From: Octopus vulgaris | Lineage: Eukaryota | Reading direction: 5' to 3' | Length of the DNA: 64,000 bases | Assembly (NCBI GenBank): GCA_951406725.2 | Contig: OX597827.1 | Coordinates: 1,612,001 to 1,676,000 of the forward strand | In this document: positions 52,650 through 64,000 of the stretch, in pieces | Numbering within the stretch: position 1 is the stretch's first letter | Layout of the letters: each line of letters begins with the position of its first letter | Program-made: the position numbers and the translations under genes | The notes under the pieces: model-generated | Told to the model about the DNA's origin: nothing | Databases searched by the model: none | What the model saw: only the letters and a program-made list of their open reading frames with translations

Positions 52650-53510
52650 ATGGTAAAACAGGCTAATCTTCTACAGAAAGACCTAAATGCCGTAAATAAA
52701 TGGGCAGAAAAAAACAACCTATAGTTTAATGCAGGAAAATTCCAAAGCCTCCAATGTCAGCTAGATTGTGTTAACATTCTGCAACAAAGATACTTCAGGC
52801 CAAAAGGAATAGCAATTCCAGAGGCAAGTACAGTGCGTGATATGGGGATGGATACGGGCAACAAAACCTCATTTCACATGCATGTCACCAAGATGGTGGC
52901 AATGAGCAGGTGAATGACTGGATGGAATCAGAACTTTCAAGACCAGGGACCAAGAAACTATGCTGGTTCTAGGGGGGAGATTTGTCCTCAGCTATCGGAA
53001 CTACTGTAGTCATCCCAGAGTGTCAAATTAATAGCTGAGCTTAAGGCAGTTCAGTAGTGTGACATAGGATGATTGTGCATCAATGGATCAGCTGAGCTCC
53101 TGGGAGAGACTGAAAGAAACATGACTCTCCCCTCTGAGGTGAAGACGGGAGAGATACACAGCAGTGATATACGTATGGGAGATCTTGGAGGGGTCGACAC
53201 CAAACTTTGGCATTGAGAGCTATAGCAGTCCCCAAACTGGATGCCATTGCACTATTCCAAAGATCCCAGCTATGATAGCTAGAGTGATAACCACGTACTG
53301 GATAGGCTTGGGATTCAAGGGCCCATGGCTATTTGATAGCAACACACCTGAGAGGTCTACTAGGAGCAAGAACAGATGTTTTAAAGAAGCAACTCAACCT
53401 CTTGCTGTCCAGAGTCCCAGATGAATCTACATCATGGCAAGAAAATAAAAAGAAGGCAGCAATTTCAGACTCCCTCCTTTGCCAATCACAAAAGGAATGG
53501 CTATTGAAAA
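52650..53510 (+). pseudogene. CR1-group LINE RT C-terminal fragment
   Basis: LQKDLNAVNKWAEKNNL*FNAGKFQ...VRDMG...RTFKTRDQETML...LSSWERLKE...RRERY..IYVWEILEG; multiple stops. Confidence 0.8.
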
Positions 53511-53616
53511 GATGATATCACTGGTGGTACCCAAGCATGGCCTTGGCACAACCACACTATGGCCCCAGCCATTGGGCTGGAACCTATATAAGAATAAAAG
53601 GGTGAAAGAATATAAT

Positions 53617-53656
<40 letters not shown>

Positions 53657-53773
53657 CGCGCGTGTGTGTGTATATATATATATATATGTAGGTATCTATG
53701 TTTGAATGTATGTATACACACATATATATTGATATATAAGAGTGTGTGTGTATATATATATATGTATATACAT

Positions 53774-53806
<33 letters not shown>

Positions 53807-53849
53807 CACACGCATATACATAGATATATGTATATATCTATACATATGG

Positions 53850-53899
<50 letters not shown>

Positions 53900-54291
53900 G
53901 TGCATAAATATATATATATACACATAAATGCATATACTCATATATATAGTCGAATGTACAAAACCTATGGCTACATAGCATCTCATTCCACACAGACCAC
54001 ATGCCCTAACCTCCATCTCAACTCCAAAATTCTTACTTAAGTACATCTAACCCATAATTACCATAATCAGTAAATTTACGTTTTGTACAACCTGTGAGTC
54101 TACCTGCGGCTTTAAGCACACAATACACACACACACACACACAAACGCATACATTTTTACATATCACATGCATATAATAGACTCATTTATAAAGAGGATA
54201 CAAAAATAGAATTCATACACATAACTCTGAAAGGAATACAACCCTTACCTTACTCACATAATAAACACATATATGTATATATACATGTATA

Positions 54292-54367
<76 letters not shown>

Positions 54368-54413
54368 CATATATATATATATGTATATATATATACACAC
54401 ACATATATTATAT

Positions 54414-54444
<31 letters not shown>

Positions 54445-55204
54445 CACTTGTATATATATATAATATATATATACATACATACACATGTATATACATATAT
54501 ACATATATCAATATATATACATACATGTATATAACAATATACCTGTCAATACAAATATCTATAAATGTATATATATATGTATGAATGCATGTATGTATGT
54601 ATTATGTATGTATGTATGTGAGTGTGTGTATGTATATATGTCTGTCTGACAATCTATTATTTATCTATCTAACTATCCTTATATACAGTTATATATATCT
54701 ATATATGCAAGCGTGTATGTATATGCACATGCACACACACGCACACGTATACAAACACACTTACACACCCATCAATACATCAATATACTGAATACACACA
54801 ATTGTATAGAAGCCTTTTTCGTGTATGCATCTGCATTTCATCCATCCATGCATGTATAAACACAACCATACAAATACACACACAGGCACATACATATATG
54901 TATACACACGTCCACAAGCATATACATACATATGTAGAATTAACTTCAATACATGTGCACACTGATCAATCACTGTTCGTGCATAATTCATGTGGTTTCG
55001 TATTGGTCATCAAATTATAATCAAACCACAAGCCAGCACGATATCACAGAGATTATATTTGTGAATATTAATATACACACATATACATACACGCTAGTAT
55101 AAATGTATATGTACTCATTTATTTATCTATCTATGTATCTATTACCTATCCATATCTCACTCTTTTTGTCTGTCTGTCTGCCTTTGCCTCTCTCCCTCTC
55201 TCTT

Positions 55205-55237
<33 letters not shown>

Positions 55238-55324
55238 GTACATGTATGTATATGCACACACATATATATATATACACACACATACATAAATTCATATATG
55301 TATATTTATAAATGTGCATATATA

Positions 55325-55377
<53 letters not shown>

Positions 55378-55422
55378 CATCATTGTTTAACATCCATCTT
55401 CCTTGCTGGCATGACATATTTA

Positions 55423-55485
<63 letters not shown>

Positions 55486-55489
<4 letters not shown>

Positions 55490-55699
55490 TTTTCCCTAGA
55501 TTACTGTATATGTGTTACATTCCAAAATCCCCTGCGACAGGTGAATATCCGTGAAGTACTGTATATTCTTTTTTTTAATTATTTTTATAATCTGTATTTA
55601 TATATTTTATTACAAATGCACAACACCACAGCAGAATCAACGTATGCTTAAATAATAAACCGCAATAGGTGAACTGCACTATGGCAAGGGTTTACTCTA
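55486..55699. mobile_element. Possible Tigger/pogo-type MITE
   Basis: TA-flanked ends cagttttccct... and ...agggtttactc form imperfect TIRs; subterminal gcgacaggtgaa / gcaataggtgaa repeats. Confidence 0.4.
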
Positions 55700-55735
55700 T
55701 ATATCTATATCTATATCTATTTCTATATTTATATA

Positions 55736-55773
<38 letters not shown>

Positions 55774-56539
55774 TATTGCATACACACACATATACACGTA
55801 TATATATATATATATATATACATACCTGTTTATATATGATCACACACACACACACACAGGGGTATAAGCCTATAGTGTAAAGTATGTTTAAATTGTATGA
55901 CATTCTACCGGTATTTAGACTCCATTTGCATCCATATTTATCAAAAGAGGAAACTGCAGTGAGAATTCATTAAGACTGTTCAAGTTTCCTTTCATTAATC
56001 TCTGTAATTATAAAGATTATAAGCTAGATGTTTGTTGGTACCATAGCATTATCCAATGCCCACTGTAAAGGCTTAAAGTTTGTTATGCAATATCTGAAGA
56101 TTTGATAATGCAATCTCTTAATATAATTTTTCTTTATATAATCAATATTGTTGTTATTGAAATATGTGTAAGACGACATAACTAAATAATTTATGAACTG
56201 ATTCTTGAGTTTTCTTCAAACACACTTGTGCAGACACACATGTACACACACACACAAACAGACACACACACACACAGACACACAAACACACACACACACA
56301 CACAAAAACACACACATTCATGCATACACACACCTACATGCAGTCGCACATACATTCATGCATTCTTTGCAAATACTATCTGTAAATAGAATACTGAAAA
56401 CATTCTTACAAAATTTCAAATTTGTCACCATATTCAGTTGTTCTTCCCTGAATACCAATGACTTTGGCTTTGCTTCTTTGATAGAACTTGGCCTCTTTCT
56501 TGAAAGGAGCCATTTAAGGAATGCAAAAAGAGCTCAACA

Positions 56540-56710
56540 GCATTTTGTCTATGTCTACGTTCTGAGTTCAAATTCTGCCGAGGTTGACTTTACATTTTCA
56601 TCCTATCAGGATCACTAAATTAAGTACCAGCGAAACACTGGGGTCGATGTAGTTGACTATTCCCCACCTCACCACAAATTTCAGGCCTTATACCTATAGT
56701 AGAAAGGATT
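56540..56710 (+). mobile_element. SINE family C
   Basis: cgttctgagttcaaattctgccgaggttgacttt...attaagtaccag...aaatttcaggcctt...agaaagg(att)n. Confidence 0.75.
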
Positions 56711-57233
56711 ATTATTATTATTATTATTGGTGAGAGACAGTTCATGCCATCAAAGTGACACTGGGGTAAAATATACGAAGCCCAATATACCCATCATGAC
56801 TACCCGTCTGATAAAGGTACACCAGGCACATGCATCACAGCCATATGTCGCGACATGGTGATCTCATATCAAGATAAACAGCACATGACCTTGCAGGTGG
56901 GGCCCAGTTAGAATTTTCTTCAGGTTGAGTAGCCCATCCTGCTCAAACGGTCCCTGAATAAGGGTTGCTTTAGGATGTTGACGAAACACCTATGTTTCCA
57001 GAGGTGAACCATTCCAAAGAATCCCTCTCAACACATGGCCATGATTACTTCTGCTCGTGATCAGAGATTATTATTATTATTATTATTATTTGCTGTAGCC
57101 ATCTTTTATACCAAGACAAAACAATGTACATGATAACACTTCCAATCAGTTAAGATCAGAAGCCATGAGAGCCACTGCCTGGTACTGCATATTATTATTA
57201 TTATTATTATTAATATTATTATTATTGTTATTG

Positions 57234-57269
<36 letters not shown>

Positions 57270-57821
57270 TCATTATTATTATGATTATTATTATAATCAT
57301 TATTATTATACTTATTGTTATTATCATCAACATGATTAATATTATTAACTTATGTAAAATTATGTAAAAGACAACAATAGGATTTGGGGCCAGAATGCAT
57401 TAATTTTTGCAGATGAGTACATCAATGATTTAAGTTCAAACTCCACAACAGCAAAAATCTGTAATCTCACCCATCTATGGATCAACAAAATCAGAACCCG
57501 CAAAATTTTGGGAGGTCGATTCACTCATCTATACACTTCCGCAAACTAAAACGTTTTATTGAACCTAATCAAAATAAATCAATATATATATATATATACA
57601 TATAGGAGCATACACATGAAGAGCGCATGTGCATATAAGCATATGGGATATGTGTGTGCGTGTGTGTGTGTATGCACGTGCTCATACAAAGAAATACACA
57701 CACTGACACAAATGAATAAAAGCACTTCTGTTCATGTGTATGACGTGATTTCACATATACGCATTTATATATATATATATATACATATGCATACACATAT
57801 ATATACATAGACACACACACA

Positions 57822-57875
<54 letters not shown>

Positions 57876-58104
57876 GTGAGTGTGTATGAGTGTGTTTGTG
57901 TATATGTAAATATATATATATAACTATATATATGTGCACATAAACAAATATATATATATACACACACATATATATATATATAAGCATTCACATATTTGTA
58001 TGTATACGTATATGTGTATTGTATCTATATGTATGTACATATATACATATATGGATGTATATATATTATATATATATATATATATATGTATATATACGCG
58101 TGTG

Positions 58105-58148
<44 letters not shown>

Positions 58149-58656
58149 CATACATACATACATATATACATACATACATACATACATACATACATACACA
58201 CACACATTTCTGTTTGGCTGTATCGGTTGAAGAGAATATAAGCCTGGATATCTCCGTGTGAATGTAATTATGTGTATATGAATCTTTGATGGAAAGCTCT
58301 GCACACGCATTTAGTTATGTATTCATGTATGCAAATTTATTGCCATACATGTATATGCATGAGGTACACTCATGCATATCCAAATTTAGAGTGATAAATG
58401 TCTAGCTGCCTGTTTAATACTGTGTGTGTATATGTGCATGTGTGTGTATGTGTGTGTGTGTGTGTCTATATGTGTGTGTTATGTATGTGTCTATGTGTGG
58501 GTATGTCTTTATATATATATGTGTGTGTATATATTCACACATACATACATATACATGTTCAGAAATATGTGCATACATACATACACATATATATACATAT
58601 ACATCTACATGCACACACATGTTATATACATATTCACACACATATATATATATATG

Positions 58657-58693
<37 letters not shown>

Positions 58694-59034
58694 GTATGCA
58701 TATATGTGTGTATATATTAATATATATGTATATACATATATATGTGTGTGTGTGTGTGTACTTCTATGCATCCAGACCTTTATCTGAAAGTTGATTGCTT
58801 GAATATATGATTTCATATGAACAAGTGTGTGTGTGTAATTATACACATATGTATCTGTGTTTCAAAGGTTTTGAATAAGTATGCATTTAAATTATGAGTG
58901 TGTGCGTGTGCATGCATAACTTCATACACACACACACACATATATATATAGTCCCACCCATGCTAGCATTGAAGGTGGATGTTAAACAATGATGATGAAT
59001 ATGATGATGATAATCATGATGGTATATACACACA

Positions 59035-59069
<35 letters not shown>

Positions 59070-60024
59070 TCATATATTCATAAGTATATATGTGTATATA
59101 TATATATATATCTATATACATATTTATATGTATATCTATCTATCTATATATATATGTATGTGTGTATGTGCCTATATTAGGGGAATTACATTGTTCTACA
59201 CAAATACACATATTCATGTACTTATGCATGTGTATATCCATACATATACACATAGGACTATAAACATATCATATATACACATATACATACATACACATAC
59301 ACACATACACATCTATACAGAGTTAGAAAGCTAGACAGATAGATACATAGATAGATAGTTATTGATATAGATAGGTATAGAACTAGACTGAGGTATAGAT
59401 GTAGATGTGGACACATGCATATACTTCAACAGATAACTACACACGCACTCACACACACATGCACATACACATCCATACTTATGTATCGATGTATGTATGT
59501 ATATATATATGATGCCTTACTTCTGTGTATACATGTTACCATGATCTGAAATATGAGATTCCATGATTGCATATTCAAATTGACAAGGTGAATGAATGTG
59601 CAAGAAAATTAAAGAAAAGAAAGAGAGAAAGAAAGTGGGAGAGAGAGAGGGGGTAAGAGAGAGAGAGAGAGAGAGAGAAACGGGCATACTAGGAAAGGCA
59701 ATGAGAATGATAGAAAGAGAAAGAGTGAGAGTAGTAGGGTGGAAAGATAGAGGGAGAAAGTGAAAGCCGTGGAGAGAGTGAAAAACTGAGAACTGTATAT
59801 TAGATTTTATATAAATTCATAGAAAGTGATATAACTTTCAGTTATATAAATATTTATACTCAGGCAGAGACTAACACACAATTATAAGATATAGATATCT
59901 ATATATACAAATGTACTTTCATATACATAAATTGGAAATTCATATAGCTTTTATTGATGTATATGTGTGAGTGTATGCAATATATGTATATATATATGTG
60001 TGTTATAAATATGTATATATATAT

Positions 60025-60077
<53 letters not shown>

Positions 60078-60521
60078 CATATATATATATGTCTATATAT
60101 ACACACATAAATATGTATATATATATATATCTATTTATATACACATATATACGTATATATATGTACGTATGTATGTGTATACAGATATTACATATGTTTA
60201 AATATACATATTCATATCCATACACAACCTCTATCTATCGGTCTGTCTATCACTCCCACATACAAACAAACACATATGGATACATCTGTGTAAGCTATCA
60301 AAGGCAAAACTTGAAGTTCCAATTGACCCAATATTATCAAGAAATTCTACTGTAATGTATAGAATCCTACTCTCAGTAAATATATCTGTCTATCTATCTA
60401 TTTATTTATCCATCTATCCATCTACATACATATATGTATACATGATTGGTTAGTCCTTGTTATTCCATAAGGTACATAGGCCAATTTCCTTGTTTCTCTA
60501 TCATATATACATACATTTGTA

Positions 60522-60940
60522 TCATCCTCATTATCGTTTAATGTCCGCTTTCCATGCTAGCATGGGTTGGACGATTTGACTGAGGATTGGCAAACCAGAT
60601 GGCTGCACCAGGATCCAATTTTGATCAGACAGAGTTTCTACAGCTGGATGCCCTTCCTAATGCCAACCACTCCATGAGTGTAGTGGGGGCTTTTACAAGC
60701 CACTGGCACAAGGGCCAGTCTGGCGGTACTGGCAACGGTCACACTCGAAATGGTGTTTTTTACGTGCCACCTGTACAGAAGTCAGTCCAACGGCACTGGC
60801 AACGACCTCACTCAAATGTTTTGTTCACGTGCCACCGGCACAAGTGCCAGTGAGATGATGCTGGTAACGATCATGCTCAAATGGCACTTTTTACGTGCCA
60901 CCAGCACAGAAGCCAGACACCTGCTCTGGCAGTGATCCTG
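60522..60940 (-). mobile_element. RTE LINE 3'UTR with internal repeats
   Basis: cgtttaatgtccgctttccatgctagcatgggttggacg...; the cacgtgccac..gcaca unit recurs about 4 times; homologous to 6730-7028. Confidence 0.8.
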
Positions 60941-61207
60941 CTCGTTATTTAAAATACTGATCTTATCAGGTGGCCAGCATGGGAATAACCTCAAAGGTAA
61001 TAATTATTATTAAAATTATAATTAAGAGTATTTAAGAGATACCACCATGCTAAACATAGCAGCCAAAACTTAACTCTAAACCCACATTAAATGTTCATAC
61101 AGCACCAGGAGAGAAGACAGCTTATATGTATGTATCCATGTGTTTGTTTGTATGACAGACCGATAGATAGAGGTTGTGTATATATATGAATATGTATATG
61201 CATAATG

Positions 61208-61252
<45 letters not shown>

Positions 61253-61254
61253 AT

Positions 61255-61511
61255 GGTCATGTGCCTGACCAGGCTATCGGATGTTGTCACATATCACTGG
61301 TGACAATCTGTTATTGCATTGTTCTATCCTTCGAAGGACATCACCCCACTGGCGGGGCAAACAGGCCAACATTCTCCCCTGATTGAAAGGGAGACTGGAA
61401 CAACATGAAATGAAGTGTTTTGCTCAAAAACACAATGCATCACCCGGTCCAGGAACTGAAACCACAATCTTACAATTACAAGTCCAACACCCTAACAACT
61501 AAGCCATGCAC

Positions 61512-61513
<2 letters not shown>
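61255..61513 (-). mobile_element. SINE family B-related copy
   Basis: Revcomp head ggtgcatggcttagttgttagggtgttggact...ggtttcagttcctggacc. Confidence 0.65.
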
Positions 61514-61556
<43 letters not shown>

Positions 61557-61598
61557 TATATATATATGTGTGTGTGTATATATATATATATGTATATA

Positions 61599-61631
<33 letters not shown>

Positions 61632-61640
61632 GACACACAT

Positions 61641-61680
<40 letters not shown>

Positions 61681-62052
61681 TGAAACATTTGCAAGCCTTC
61701 AATAAATGTAGAATAAAATGCATTATCTGTGTGTATTTTGTATATCACTCTGTAGCAACATACCAATTGAACTTAGTTACTTGACCATGGATTTACAAAT
61801 TCAACAGGTGACAGGTTGGGACTTTGGATTACCTGGATTTCCACCTCTATCATAGGACATACTTTTTAGCCTGATGCATCTGTATCTACAGATAGCTTAT
61901 GGAGTACTTTGCTTGGATTACTAATCCTTTATTAATCTCCTTTTGTTTTGATACATACATACAAATATATTATGTGTATGTGTGCATGTGTGTGTTCGAA
62001 TATATGTATATATGTGTATATATCTACATCTATCTATCTATCTATCTATCTA

Positions 62053-62097
<45 letters not shown>

Positions 62098-62149
62098 GTC
62101 TGTCTGTCTATCTCTCTGTCTATCTATCTATCTTTTTATCTATCTATCT

Positions 62150-62655
62150 ACACCAGGTCCCAATCTGATTTGGCATGATTTTTACAGTGCGATGCCCTTC
62201 CTAATACCAACCACTCCAAGAGGGTAATGGGAGCTTCTTGCACACCACCTATGGGACACCTGCATCAGACATGATTACAGTTTTACTTGGCTTGACAGTT
62301 CATCTCAAGCAAGGTATATCACCAAAGGTCTTGGTCACTTATTGCCTCCATGAAGCCCAATGCTCAAAGGGTGCTTTTTATGTGCCACCAGCATGGGTGC
62401 CAGTCAGCCATGACAATAATTTCACTTGGCTTCACGCATCTTTGGTATATCACCAAAGGTCCTGGTCACTTGTCATCGCCTTGGTGAGAACCAACATTCG
62501 AAGATCATGCTTCAACACCCCGTCCCATGTCTTCCTGGGTCTACTCCTTCCACATGTCCCTTCAACAATTAAAGATTGGCAATTCTTTACACAGCTGTCC
62601 CCATCAATATGAATCGCATGACCATACCAATGCAATTGTCTCTCTTGCACATCAC
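62150..62655 (-). mobile_element. RTE LINE ORF C-terminus plus 3'UTR
   Basis: QERQLHWYGHAIHIDGDSCVKNCQSLIVEGTCGRSRPRKTWDGVLKHDL (W.GH...GRPRKTW RTE signature). Confidence 0.88.
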
Positions 62656-63102
62656 AAAAGATTACAACAATAATCTTTTGTGCCCATTATTTCAATGAGC
62701 TTGTTAAACTTTTTTATATTCTCAACATACTCTTGTCACCAAAGAATGTATATTTATATGGATTATAGTACTCTGTGTCAACCGATATTCTGTGCATGTT
62801 TGAATATACAGATACAATACCAATATCAATTCCTTCTGGAAACTATCTTAAGCATGTCCTTGAGAACGATTACTTATGTAGTAATCTTTTGTGCCCAATA
62901 TTTTAAGGAACTTGTTGAACTTTTTTATGTCCTTAACAAGTCCCTGTTACCAAAGACTGTATATATGTAACGTAGCAATTTGCAACAAGCAATAATTAAC
63001 GCAACCAAACTTCTACATGTTACTTTTGACAATCTTTTTCCAAAGAGTGAAACCAGTAAAGTAAATAAACATCTTTTAAATTGCATTTTCAAACCTTCTT
63101 TC

Positions 63103-63142
<40 letters not shown>

Positions 63143-63157
63143 GTATATATATACATA

Positions 63158-63284
<127 letters not shown>

Positions 63285-63421
63285 ATATATATATATAAAT
63301 TTAATTTTAATTGCTAAATTTTTCTTCAGAACATTTCTTAGTGATAAGACCTTAGCGAATCTATTTCTAGCATAAGGGTGTCCGCATAGTGGTTTCCCTC
63401 TAATATGTATGTATGTGTATA

Positions 63422-63488
<67 letters not shown>

Positions 63489-63880
63489 ATATACACATAC
63501 ATACGTATGTATGAATGTATGCCAAATTTCACTCATATGGTGCTTTTTGGTATGAAGTAATAGTAGAAAGCAGTTAACCCAAAGGACTAATAATGTAAGA
63601 CCATAGAACTACAGCTGCAATGCAAATATCAATGTATGTCTATAGGACAAAGTCTACAATATTTAATGAAATGGTTCTGTTGCATATGCTTAACATCCAA
63701 ATACATGCAAAAGGCAGTGTACATGAGTATATCCTTGAGTTTCCTATGCCGTTATATGTATGTAGAATTATGCAGTCTGTGTGTGTGTATTGAAGAAGGA
63801 ATGTCTAAAAACTGAAGTCAAATGCTTATATGTGAGTGCGGATGAGCGTGTGTGTGCATGAGTGTGTGCGTGTGTGCGTG

Positions 63881-63926
<46 letters not shown>

Positions 63927-64000
63927 TATTCATTAATGTAAATCTGTTATATATATATATATTTACACATATATTAATATACAGATAAATGCACAGCATA

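Overview
AT-rich, microsatellite-saturated eukaryotic DNA with (TA)n, (CA)n, (GATA)n, (ATC)n, (AAT)n and (GA)n tracts. From the SINE/LINE repertoire it is most likely an Octopus genome (inference from pattern recognition, not a database hit). Nearly all ORFs in the supplied track are simple-repeat artefacts and no complete host gene can be assembled; a few short candidate exons suggest most of the window is intron of a large, probably minus-strand gene. Recognisable content: three abundant tRNA-derived SINE families, decayed non-LTR retrotransposons (RTE, CR1-like, Tx1-like, R4/Dong-like), a Penelope-like (PLE) ORF end, a truncated mariner and several fold-back elements. The main discovery is a dense set of minimal type-I hammerhead ribozyme (HHR) motifs, about 10 loci from about 7 unrelated sequence families, often in inverted-repeat arrangements. 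Three stand out: (i) a repeated element with a tRNA-like B-box head, an (AAT)n spacer and an intact HHR, both copies carrying a 5' inversion; (ii) a PLE-linked HHR whose loop II contains a nested stem-II-less HHR mimic that could supply the dimerisation partner in cis; (iii) an HHR with a compensatory U3-A8 core. All structures were folded by eye and repeat boundaries are approximate.
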